Of a stretch of DNA of 64,000 nucleotides, positions 27,729-39,985 are shown one piece after another; the first letter of the stretch is position 1, and each line of letters starts with the position of its first letter. Made by a program: the position numbers and the translations under genes. This DNA comes from Macrostomum lignano (taxonomy: Eukaryota), in assembly GCA_002269645.1 (NCBI GenBank), contig NIVC01003332.1, forward strand, positions 39,730 to 103,729, in the 5' to 3' direction. The notes below the pieces were generated by a model, which was not told the DNA's origin, searched no databases, and saw nothing but the letters and a program-made list of their open reading frames with translations.

Positions 27729-30047
27729 GGGAATAGACTAGTAGAAGACACATTGGGAATAGACTAGTAGAAGACACATTGGGAATAGACTAGTAGAAGA
27801 CACATTGGGAATAGACTAGTAGAAGACACATTGGGAATAGACTAGTAGAAGACACATTGGGAATAGACTAGTAGAAGACACATTGGGAATAGACTAGTAG
27901 AAGACACATTGGGAATAGACTAGTAGAAGACACATTGGGAATAGACTAGTAGAAGACACATTGGGAATAGACTAGTAGAAGACACATTGGGAATAGACTA
28001 GTAGAAGACACATTGGGAATAGACTAGTAGAAGACACATTGGGAATAGACTAGTAGAAGACACATTGGGAATAGACTAGTAGAAGACACATTGGGAATAG
28101 ACTAGTAGAAGACACATTGGGAATAGACTAGTAGAAGACACATTGGGAATAGACTAGTAGAAGACACATTGGGAATAGACTAGTAGAAGACACATTGGGA
28201 ATAGACTAGTAGATAGAAGACACATTGGGAATAGACTAGTAGAAGACACATTGGGAATAGACTAGTAGAAGACACATTGGGAATAGACTAGTAGAAGACA
28301 CATTGGGAATAGACTAGTAGAAGACACATTGGGAATAGACTAGTAAAAGACACATTGGGAATAGACTAGTAGAAGACACATTGGGAATAGACTAGTAGAA
28401 GACACATTGGGAATAGACTAGTAGAAGACACATTGGGAATAGACTAGTAGAAGACACATTGGGAATAGACTAGTAGATAGAAGACACATTGGGAATAGAC
28501 TAGTAGAAGACACATTGGGAATAGACTAGTAGAAGACACATTGGGAATAGACTAGTAGAAGACACATTGGGAATAGACTAGTAGAAGACACATTGGGAAT
28601 AGACTAGTAGAAGACACATTGGGAATAGACTAGTAGAAGACACATTGGGAATAGACTAGTAGAAGACACATTGGGAATAGACTAGTAGAAGACACATTGG
28701 GAATAGACTAGTAGAAGACACATTGGGAATAGACTAGTAGAAGACACATTGGGAATAGACTAGTAGAAGACACATTGGGAATAGACTAGTAGAAGACACA
28801 TTGGGAATAGACTAGTAGAAGACACATTGGGAATAGACTAGTAGAAGACACATTGGGAATAGACTAGTAGATAGAAGACACATTGGGAATAGACTAGTAG
28901 AAGACACATTGGGAATAGACTAGTAGAAGACACATTGGGAATAGACTAGTAGAAGACACATTGGGAATAGACTAGTAGAAGACACATTGGGAATAGACTA
29001 GTAGAAGACACATTGGGAATAGACTAGTAGATAGAAGACACATTGGGAATAGACTAGTAGAAGACACATTGGGAATAGACTAGTAGAAGACACATTGGGA
29101 ATAGACTAGTAGAAGACACATTGGGAATAGACTAGTAGAAGACACATTGGGAATAGACTAGTAGAAGACACATTGGGAATAGACTAGTAGAAGACACATT
29201 GGGAATAGACTAGTAGAAGACACATTGGGAATAGACTAGTAGAAGACACATTGGGAATAGACTAGTAGAAGACACATTGGGAATAGACTAGTAGAAGACA
29301 CATTGGGAATAGACTAGTAGAAGACACATTGGGAATAGACTAGTAGAAGACACATTGGGAATAGACTAGTAGAAGACACATTGGGAATAGACTAGTAGAA
29401 GACACATTGGGAATAGACTAGTAGAAGACACATTGGGAATAGACTAGTAGAAGACACATTGGGAATAGACTAGTAGAAGACACATTGGGAATAGACTAGT
29501 AGAAGACACATTGGGAATAGACTAGTAGAAGACACATTGGGAATAGACTAGTAGAAGACACATTGGGAATAGACTAGTAGAAGACACATTGGGAATAGAC
29601 TAGTAAAAGACACATTGGGAATAGACTAGTAGAAGACACATTGGGAATGGACTAGTAGAAGACACATTGGGAATAGACTAGTAGAAGACACATTGGGAAT
29701 AGACTAGTAGAAGACACATTGGGAATAGACTAGTAGAAGACACATTGGGAATAGACTAGTAAAAGACACATTGGGAATAGACTAGTAGAATACACATTGG
29801 GAATAGACTAGTAGAAGACACATTGGGAATAGACTAGTAGAAGACACATTGGGAATGGACTAGTAGAAGACACATTGGGAATAGACTAGTAGAAGACACA
29901 TTGGGAATAGACTAGTAGAAGACACATTGGGAATAGACTAGTAAAAGACACATTGGGAATAGACTAGTAGAAGACACATTGGGAATAGACTAGTAGAAGA
30001 CACATTGGGAACAGACTAGTAGAAGACACATTGGGAATAGACTAGTA
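27729..30047. repeat. 26-bp satellite GGGAATAGACTAGTAGAAGACACATT, about 2.3 kb
   Basis: Nearly 90 highly homogeneous units with no spacers. Confidence 0.97.
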
Positions 30048-30464
30048 CACACAAGACACAACGAACGAAACCAACAAAAATTACTGACTTTGAAGGAACG
30101 CTACATCGCCCCTCTAAGCAAAATTAAGTCAGAATTATACCTTTTTGTGTTCTCTTGCGAAAACTAATGCTCTATGTAAATATTTTTTTTGAAAAAATGA
30201 TGATTAAGCAAATCACTTCATAATAATAATAATTAATGAGAAACTTTCTGCACCTGTATATTTACATGTGACAAGGATAAACATCAACTAATAGATAAAT
30301 AAATAAAACTAGACACATAACTAACACACGACGTAAGAATTACCAACGCAAATTAAAGTTCAAACGACAGTGGCAGACACGAACAACCACAATAACATAT
30401 TATGCCAAACCGTTTGTGTTCGGTAAGCAAAAGTGCATGCATTATAGAATACGAGCGTATGATG

Positions 30465-30990
30465 TTTAAGGGCCGATTTTGTGGGATGTTTAAGGGCCGA
30501 TTCTGTGGGGTGTTTAAGGGCCGATTCTATGGGGTGTTTAAGGGCCGATTCTTTAGGGTGTTTAAGGGCCGATTCTATGGGGTGTTTAAGGGCCGATTCT
30601 ATGGGGTGTTTAAGGGCCGATTCTATGGGGTGTTTAAGGGCCGATTCTATGGGGTGTTTAAGAGCCGATTCTTTGGGGTGTTTAAGGGCCGATTTTTTGG
30701 GGTGTTTAAGGGCCAATTCTATGGGGTGTTTAAGGGCCGATTCTTTAGGGTGTTTAAGGGCCGATTCTATGGGGTGTTTAAGGGCCGATTCTATGGGGTG
30801 TTTAAGGGCCGATTCTATGGGGTGTTTAAGGGCCGATTCTATGGGGTGTTTAAGAGCCGATTCTTTGGGGTGTTTAAGGGCCGATTTTTTGGGGTGTTTA
30901 AGGGCCAATTCTATGGGGTGTTTAAGGGCCGATTCGTTGGGGTGTTTAGGGCCGATTCTTTAGTGTGTTTAAGGGCCGATTCTTTGAGGT
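30465..30990. repeat. 24-bp minisatellite GGCCGATTCTATGGGGTGTTTAAG
   Basis: Tandem units downstream of the second USP gene. Confidence 0.95.
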
Positions 30991-31278
30991 GTTGTAAGTT
31001 CCCATTTTTTGGGGTGTTTAAAAAAGGGCCCATTCCATTGGGTATTTAAGGGCTGTTTCTATGGGTTAAATTAAGGATCATTTCCGCATAATGTAGGATC
31101 TTTAAATATCTGATAAATATTTGTTTTGCTAATCTTGCTGAGAGAAATTTTCCTCAATCGGTAGTAGCACTGTTAAATCCTATATATTCCCTAAATTCAA
31201 GCTATCAAGCTACTAATAGTAGAAAGAAGGAAATTATTTGCCGATATAGAACTAAACACAATATGATTATACCCATCA

Positions 31279-31773
31279 CTAGTGCTGTACCGCAGGGGGC
31301 GGCACAACAATCACAGGCACATGAGAATGATGCAGCACGTAGTCGCTAACGCTGCCTAGAAAGGTGCGCCGAAGTAGGCCGGAGCCGCGGCTACCCATAA
31401 CAATAAGCTCGGCGGCTTCCTCGTGAGCCACCTGAACTATAGACGGGCCAGCTCCGTGGCCCAGCCGTTCGAGAAATTCCAGCCGATTGGCCAAACTGGC
31501 GAGTCCCAGCCGAGCGCAGGTGGTCTTGATCTCCACGGCCAGGGAGCGGCCTTCAGCGACGGCATCGTTGATTGCGCCGGCGTACAGCTCCGGCGTGGAC
31601 AGGCTCGGACCGAAGGACGGCGGCTCGGCCACAAACAGAAACAGCAGAGCCGTGTCGCCAGGCGATAAACGATTGGCGTATAGTTTGGCAAACCAAGTCA
31701 ATGCACGTTTGGCGTGCTCGCTGCTATCAATAGCGAATAGTACTCTCATGCTGGCTGCAATCAGTGCCATCAT
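31279..31773 (-). CDS. Universal stress protein (UspA family), intronless
   Basis: MRVLFAIDSSEHAKRALTW...GPSIVQVAHEEAAELIVMGSRGSGLLRRTFLGSVSDYVLHHSHVPVIVVPP; start codon uncertain (31773, 31770 or 31749). Confidence 0.93.
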   Translation of the reverse strand: MMALIAASMRVLFAIDSSEHAKRALTWFAKLYANRLSPGDTALLFLFVAEPPSFGPSLSTPELYAGAINDAVAEGRSLAVEIKTTCARLGLASLANRLEFLERLGHGAGPSIVQVAHEEAAELIVMGSRGSGLLRRTFLGSVSDYVLHHSHVPVIVVPPPAVQH

Positions 31774-31875
31774 CTCAGATATATATATGATTGGATGAGA
31801 AATTTCTTGAAGCTGAATTTTTCTTGGAAACTTTTAGGAGGCATGTTTTATCGAAAAAATTACATTATGGAGATA

Positions 31876-32900
31876 GGCGATTCTACGGGGCGATTCTAAG
31901 AGACGATTCTACGGGGCGATTCTAAGAGACGATTCTACGGGGCGATTCTAAGAGGCGATTCTATGGGGCGACTCTAAGAGGCGATTCTACGGGGCGATTC
32001 TAAGAGGCGATTCTACGGGGCGATTCTAAGCGGCGATTCTAAGCGGCTAATCTAAGAGGTGATTCTATGGGGCGATTCTATGGGGCGATTCTAAAGGGCG
32101 ATTCTACGGAGAGATTCTAAGGGGCGATTCTAAGGGGCTATTCTAAGAGGTGATTCTATGGGGCGATTCTATGGGGCGATTCTACGGGGCGATTCTAAGA
32201 GACGATTCTACGGGGCGATTCTAAGAGGCGATTCTACGGGGCGATTCTAAGCGGCGATTCTAAGCGGCTAATCTAAGAGGTGATTCTATGGGGCGATTCT
32301 ATGGGGCGATTCTAAGAGACGATTCTACGGAGAGATTCTAAGGGGCGATTCTAAGGGGCTATTCTAAGAGGTGATTCTATGGGGCGATTCTATGGGGCGA
32401 TTCTACGGGGCGATTCTAAGAGGCGATTCTATGGGGCGACTCTATGGGGCGATTCTACGGGGCGATTCTAAGCGGCGATTTTATGGGGCGATTCTAAGAG
32501 GCGATTCTATGGGGCGATTCTAAATGGCGATTCTACGGAGAAATTCTTTGGGGCGATTCTACGGAGAAATTCTAAGGGGCGATTCTATGGAGGATTCTAC
32601 GGGGCGATTCTAAGCGGCGATTCTATGGGGCGATTCTAAGAGGCGATTCTATGGGGCGATTCTAAAAGGCGATTCTACGGAGAAATTCTAAGGGGCGATT
32701 CTATGGAGGATTCTATGGGGCGATTCTAAGGGGCTATTCTAAGAGGTGATTCTATGGGGCGATTCTATGGGGCGATTCTAAAGGGCGATTCTACGGAGAG
32801 ATTCTAAGGGGCGATTCTATGGGGCGATTCTAAGAGGCGATTCTATGGGGCGATTCTAAGAGGCGATCCTACAGGGCGATTCTAAGATGAGATTCTAAGT
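31876..32900. repeat. 11-12 bp GGGGCGATTCTA(A/T/C) minisatellite
   Basis: The same motif occurs in the USP1 intron at about 25400-25580 and 25955-25980. Confidence 0.93.
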
Positions 32901-35900
32901 ACCAAAAATGCAATATGGAGATAGGAGGTATTCATTTTTCAGAGCTAAACTGTTATTGCTTTTGATAGGAAGCAGATCCAGTTGTTAAACTTTAGATGTG
33001 CACTGTCTTTCTTTTAGTTCTATTGGTTGATATTTGTAAATATTTTTGTTTAGAAGATAGGTATTTTATTGTCAACTTTATATTCCTACATAAAAATGTA
33101 TATTCAGTGCCTAAAATCATAATGAATGGTGCACAACTTGGCTCACTGGTTTTATGAATCTATTTCATGATTCTTAGCATAATGATATAACAAAATATGT
33201 AACAGAATCATCTTATCTTAGAAAATCTCATCTTAAACATGAGACTGGATTTTAAATGACTATTCACTAGTATGACCTATATTTCAAGGTAATGCTTACA
33301 TATATAATAGATATTTTATAAAAGAATGCATATGAAGTACTTATAAAATGGCATTACTATCATAACCAAAGTTTATTAATGTCAATTGGATGCTATGCAG
33401 CAGAAGCTACAGCAATTATAGGCTTGGTAAATAAGGATTGTTAAAAAGGTAAGAGTAAGAAGAGTAAATAATATATATACATAACAATATATATATATAA
33501 ATATATATAGTCAAACTGACATAATAACTTAACTAGGCTATTATAAAGTCTAACAGATTATACTATTATACTAACAGAATGCCTAGACTATTGGAGATAC
33601 TAATAGAATGTACAGAATGGCCTAGATATCAAAGATTGGCAATGTTATTTGGTATGCTCCTTATAGCAAGGTTGTTTTGTTAGTATGCTACCATTGTTAG
33701 AGTAATGCAAAATGCCAAAAATGTCCTTCATTATTAAAATGCCTCCTGGCCCTAGCACATACTTGGTGATTCTTGGATATAGCCTATATACCTTAGAAAG
33801 TGACCTTATGGCCCATTTTTGCTGGAAATTTGATATATATCTATATTTATATTATTATTATTATTATTAATATTGATCTATACATTCATTGCAAGTTGCA
33901 TTAACAATATTATTGCTACTATTACTCCTTTTTTATATCCTTTAATAATTGTAAAAAAAGTAAAAAGAAAAAATATATTAAAAGTATTGATTGAAAAATA
34001 TATTTTTCTAGTTTTTCAATATAAATGATTTTATTTTAAAATTAGTTGGGCCTAAATGACTAAAACCTAATTTCTAAAAGTAAATTATTTTTATACATAT
34101 TTAAGAAATCTATTTTTTATATTACATAAGCAAGACTAATTCCAATGCCATAGTCAGGATAATAGCATAGCTGCACTGGAAAAAAATATTAAAAAGTTTG
34201 ATTGTGCCATGTGCTAGAAAAAATCTTATCAAAAAATCTGATTGCACCTTGTCCTTGCACTAGAAAAAATCCTATCAAAAAATTTTGCTTGTGCTATGAG
34301 CTAGAACTATTCCTATTAAATAAGTCTATTTGCGCTGTGTGCTAGGCCTATGCTAGAACTTTTTTAAAAGAAATATAAAAACACAAAAATCAGTGTTATC
34401 CATTTGAAAAATACCTGTAAAACTTGTGTTTGAATCAATTTTAGTGGATGTTCATTTTTTTTTAACCTTTGGCAGGACAGATTGAGCGCCAAACTCTGCC
34501 TGACTCTTTTGCCGAGCCATTTCGTCAGCAGCTTTATTCAATGCTCATTCAACTGCAGCATGCTCAATCTACTTTCGCCGAGCTTCAAAACCGGAGGCTT
34601 GCACAGCCTCATGCTATATTGATGACATTCATGACCCTTATATTGAGCACAAAATGAAACACAGTACTTGATAAAAGTTGAAAGAGTTGGTATCCACAAA
34701 AAATCGCAGGAAACAAGCAAAATAGACAAAATTATCACTGAGCAATTAAAAATTGCAGTGGTGGCAACACTGAATTGTCTAACCCCCTTTTGTACTAGAA
34801 ATAGCAATATAGGCCTTTTGCTTTTAAAACTTATTTTTTAATTTAGGGATTATTAACTAAAATATTTAAAGAGCTTTAGTGCATAAGAACTGTGGTTCTC
34901 CTTATCTAAAATGCTATAAATTCAAAATATTTGCTGAGAACTTTACATAGGCCAAATAACTAGGCCTATTGACTGAACTATTTTTATGCAATAAACATTA
35001 CATGAACTGGAGCAACTACTAAGAGTAAAAGTTTTGTAGAGACAGCCATATAGGTAAGATAAAATAAACAAATGTATAATAAAATAGATGATGAATTAGA
35101 CTTGAAAGTAATGAGAAGTTATCATATCGAAAGCACTACTTTTGGGATCACGGTTTTCTTTCTTTGTTAGACAGTTTTAGCCGCAGCGGGGCGCGCGCGC
35201 GAAGCACAACGAATTCAGTAATTGAATTATCGCCGTTTACCAATTTTTATTTTAAATTTATTTTTATATTGAGCATTTCTCATTAAAATGTATTTATAAA
35301 TTTTATATTTAACCCATTTACAACTGTTTAATAAACATTTTAGGAAGTTAATTTAATATATTTAAAGTCAATTGTTATTCTGACAGGTTAAAGATTTAAA
35401 TTTCTATTTTTTTCAAGGAAAGAAATCCGCATGCCTCGCCCGGCTCTCTTCTTAAATGAACTTTGGCCATTGAACTTGACTGTACTGTACTTACATAGTT
35501 ACTTTGTCCTCCTAGCTTATCAGTATATGCTAACTAAAATAGAAGAGCAGGTCTTTTACAAGCTGCATACTTTGACTAAGGCAAATGAAGTCAGGTGCAA
35601 CTTGTAATTACTAATTAGTGCGTGAACGTGACCAAAGAAAGACGGCAAAGAGAAGCTTTGTATACCGCGTAATTTGTCAAAGCATTGGATGACATGATAA
35701 ATATTCAGTTTCAGTAAAGCAAAGTGTGCTAAGCAACTGATAAAGACATTAAAGTCACATATAGGAATATTAGGGATTTGGGTGAGCATAAGAAGAGAGA
35801 AGATTGAGCAGGCGAGATTGCTTTTGTCAAGTTCCAACTTGACAAAAGTCAGATACGAGATGCAGAGGCTTTGCCAGACACATGTAGCCTTCAGGCCAGG

Positions 35901-36639
35901 GTTTGCCGATTTTGTTTAAAATGAATTTCATTCATTTTAAACAAATGAAAATGAAATTAAAATGTAATTAAATGTAATTAAATGTAAAATGAAATTAAAA
36001 AAAAGTTTTTCATTGTAGTAGGCCTTGTATATAGCCATTATAGGGCCTATATTACACTTTTTTTTCACAAAGATTGGTTCCAGAACCAGAATAATTCTAG
36101 CCTAATTCCTTATTCTAGAACCAGAATTGGTACAAAATAAAATGAAAAGCATTGAATCTTTTTATTTTATTTCTGTCTAATTACATTAGGGCCTACTTCT
36201 CAAAATTCAATAACTTTTTTATCAAAAATTGAGAAACCAGTATTCTTATTGAAATATTTGAAATGTTATTTCAAATTAGGTAGCGCCTAGGCCTAGTCAA
36301 TTTACTCCTGTTGTTTCCATGGAAATATAACAAGATTGAAGATTAAGAAAATTTCTTAAGCTAAATTCCAAAATTAGATTTTAGTTCTAGAATTGATGCT
36401 AAAAATAGAATAGACAATTTAAAAAGCTTTGAATCAATATAATTCTTGGTCCAGAATTAGTCATATAAAAAGCCTATATGACTATAAGATATATAATATA
36501 TAATATAAACCCTATGGCTGCTTATTGCCTTTTGATATTTTATATCAAGTAGAAATTTCCAATTTATCAATATTGTTAACAGTTAGGAAAAAGGCAAACA
36601 AGGATGGGAGTAAATGCATGTTAAATTAAGATTTGAGGC

Positions 36640-37340
36640 CTTTGCAAATTCTCTCCTTTCCTCAATCTTCTCATCCTCTTTTTCTTTTCTCTCTCATCCC
36701 TCATCCCTTCTCTCTTTCCTCTCCTCTCTCCTCTCTTTCCTCCTCTCTTATCTCTTCTGTCTCCTGTCTACATTCTTATCTCTCCTCTCGTCTCTCTCCA
36801 CTTCACTCTACTCTCTCATCTTATCTCTCCTCTCGTCTCTCTCCACTCAACTCTCTCATCTCATCTCTCCTCTCTTCTCTACTCTCTTATCTCTCCTCTC
36901 TTCACTCTCCTCTTATCTCCTCCTTATCCTCTCTTCTCTCGTCTACTCTCTTATCTCCTTTCTTCTCTCCTCTTTCCTCTTTCCTCTCTTTTCTGATCTC
37001 ATCCATCATCATATCTTTCCTCTTTCCTCTCATCTCTCTCATCTCTCTCCTCCCTCAGCTTTTCTCTCATCTTCTATCTTTTCTCCCATTGCATCGCTCG
37101 CCTCTCCTCTGTTTGCTTATCTCCAATCTTCTATTCCCTCTACTTTGAAGTAAGAAAATATGCACACATTTTTGCTGAAGATAAGAGGAGAGAAGAGGGC
37201 ATTGAGGAGAAAGGGTAGAGAGAAAAGGGGAGAAAGGAGAGGGGAGAAGAGAGGAGAGTAAAAATGAAAGGAGAGAGAAGAGGGAAAAGGGAGAGAGAGA
37301 GAAGAGGGGAGGCAAGGTAGAGAAGAAGAGAGAGATGAGA
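36640..37340. repeat. CT-rich then GA-rich low-complexity tract
   Basis: Read directly; source of spurious Ser/Leu ORFs. Confidence 0.9.
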
Positions 37341-37584
37341 GTTGAAGAGACACTAACCTTGCTAGTTAGAAAGTTTCAAAGAACCCGAGGGGCGAGGGCC
37401 AGAAAGAGGGGCTTCGCGAGCTGGACTTTGCCGACCCCTGCTCCGGAGTTAAAGAAATCAATGGGAAACTGTTGACATAGGCTGCTGATTTCAAAGATCT
37501 TGTCTATGGTTGAAGGCTTCTATTCTGTTTTTTTGCTCTCCTGCCACACTTGCACCTACTACCCCTTGATCGCCTCTGATTGCG

Positions 37585-38330
37585 ACTTACTTCCCTCTTA
37601 TTGCGACTTAGTTGCTCCTTTTGCGACTTACCTAACCCTTTTGCGACTTACCTAATCCTTTTTGCGACTTACCTAATCCTTTTGCGACTTACCCAATCCT
37701 TTTTGCGACTTACCTAATCCTTTTGCGACTTGACCTAATCCTTTTTGCGACTTAGTTGCTCCTTTTGCGACTTACCTAATCCTTTTTGCAACTTAGTTGC
37801 TCCTTTTGCGACTTACCTAACCCTTTTGCGACTTACCTAATCCTTTTTGCGACTTACCTAATCTTTTTGCGACTTGACCTAATCCTTTTTGCGACTTAGT
37901 TGCTCCTTTTGCGACTTACCTAACCCTTTTGCGACTTACCTAATCCTTTTGCGACTTACCTAATCCTTTTTGCGACTTGACCTAATCCTTTTTGCGACTT
38001 AGTTGCTCCTTTTGCGACTTACCTAATCCTTTTGCGACTTACCTAATCCTTTTTGCGACTTACCTAATCCTTTTGCGACTTACCTAATCCTTTTTGCGAC
38101 TTACCTAATCTTTTTGCGACTTGACCTAATCCTTTTTGCGACTTAGTTGCTCCTTTTGCGACTTACCTAATCCTTTTGCGACTTACCTAATCCTTTTTGC
38201 GACTTACCTAACCCTTTTGCGACTTACCTAATCCTTTTGCGACTTACCTAATCCTTTTTGCGACTTGACCGAATCCTTTTTGCAACTTAGTTGCTCCTTT
38301 TGCGACTTACCTAATCATTTGTGCAACTTA
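37585..38330. repeat. 20-21 bp minisatellite TTTTGCGACTTACCTAATCC
   Basis: Tandem units. Confidence 0.93.
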
Positions 38331-39241
38331 ATTTGCTTCTGCTGCAACTTGTTTTTCTTTTGCTTCACCATTTTACTTCCCTATATTGCTCTTTCCTCTT
38401 GCATTTTTTCGTTTTTGGTCAACTCAATTTTGCGACTTACCCTGGTCCACCACAATTTACGGTGGCCGGATCGGCCAGCTCGGCCAGCAGTTGCGCATGT
38501 ATGTTTATAAAGGTATTTAATAATTGACAAAATATTTATAATTAGGCCTATATCAACATTTGAAAATTTTGCTTATTAATTTGGTAAATATAAAATTATT
38601 AAATTAAAAAAGCAAAATCAATAAAAATTATACTAAGCCTAGCACTAAAAATGGTTATAAAATTTATCTTTAGGTATGGAGGTGGGGCGGAGAAAAAAAG
38701 TTGAGGGCACGGTCGTGGCAGTTTCTAATGTTTGAATTGCTGCCTGCGTTGTCTTGGCACTCGTAAAGCTAGAAATTGTCACCGTAAAACTCAAATTGCT
38801 TTCTCCTTTGGATACTCCGTCTGCCGGGTCCTCAATTCTGGGGGAGGGTAGTTGTTATTGTAGTCAAACGGTCTTGAGCAGGCACGGTCATTCAGATAGT
38901 AGACTCAATGATCTAGATACCACAATTTCATTTTCTGAGTTTTCCAAATTGATTACTTTTAGTAGTGTAGTGCTGCCACCACCACAATTTATATATTATA
39001 TAACATTGAGATCTCAGAGCTCATTCGGAGATGAGACTGTTTCGGTAGTTTAATGTCCATGGGCAAATAACTCAAGATAAACTATTAAGGGCTTCAATAG
39101 ATTAGTGAAATTAAATAGAAAGCGGGTCACCAAATTATTTATTATTTTGCTGACAGATATTTTAGCTACAAAAGAGGGTAACCCGGCTGTGCCAAGATGC
39201 AGAATAATTAGTAAATTTAATTAACGGTGGTTGCTATAAGG

Positions 39242-39985
39242 TAGAGCTCGAACGGGATCCCGATCCCGATCTCGAATTCTCGGGATCCCGAAGATTTTTC
39301 GGGAATTCGGGATCGGGATCCCGAAGGCTTAGAGAACTCGGGATTCGGGAGCACAATAGATTGATAATGAAGATGATGCTTTCAACAATCAAGAGCAGTA
39401 ATCAATACTAAGCTAATTTTTGTAACAGCAACTATAAATATGTTGAAAGTCTGACCTTGAATTCACCAAATAAAGCAGCAGATTTTTACTTAGTAACAGA
39501 TTTGTAAAGAGTTGTACTCGTAAATAACGAACTAACAAGTATGAGGCTTTTCACGAAGCGATTCCAGAAACAGAATTTTACAAGAAAAAAGACGAGTATA
39601 ACTTTGGCCGTCAACTTTTTCGTCAACTTTTCCGTTAAATTTTCTATTAACTATTCCGTCAACTATTCCGTCAACTTTTCCATTAAATTTTCCGTTAAGT
39701 ATTCCGTTAACTTTTCCATTAACTATTCCATCAAGTATTCCGATAATTTTTAGGCTATACTTTGGAAAAAGGGTCTGGAACAAGAATTGACAATATGAAA
39801 AGCCCCTCATGGGTTTATAGTCAGATAAAACTATCCTTGAATCCTTGATTCATTAGTTAGTAAGTAATATATTCCCAGATCCCAGATTCCCGAATCCCGA
39901 ATACTAATCCCGAATCCCGATCCCGAAATTATTTTCAATCCCGATCCCGCCCAATCCCGAAAATTCTACTCCCGTTCAAGCTCTA
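39242..39985. mobile_element. Non-autonomous hAT-type element (MITE), 744 bp
   Basis: TIR TAGAGCTCGAACGGGA / TCCCGTTCAAGCTCTA (1 mismatch), exact 8-bp TSD CTATAAGG (39234-39241 and 39986-39993), subterminal CGGGAT/ATCCCG arrays, no transposase. Confidence 0.9.

Noticed and set aside
27729-30047. CRISPR-like look of the long regular arrays (also 26335-27295 and 42870-44615)
   Set aside because: Units are directly adjacent with no unique spacers, there are no cas genes, and the context is spliced eukaryotic genes
21189-31773. FKBP8-USP1-USP2 as a trans-spliced operon
   Set aside because: Same strand and 5' UTR acceptors are suggestive, but the gaps are 1.2 and 5 kb and repeat-filled, and a promoter-like CpG/E-box patch lies at 24100-24300. 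It cannot be supported without SL-read data.
36313-36326. Near X-box GTTTCCATGGAAAT
   Set aside because: One mismatch, isolated, and no identifiable gene start nearby
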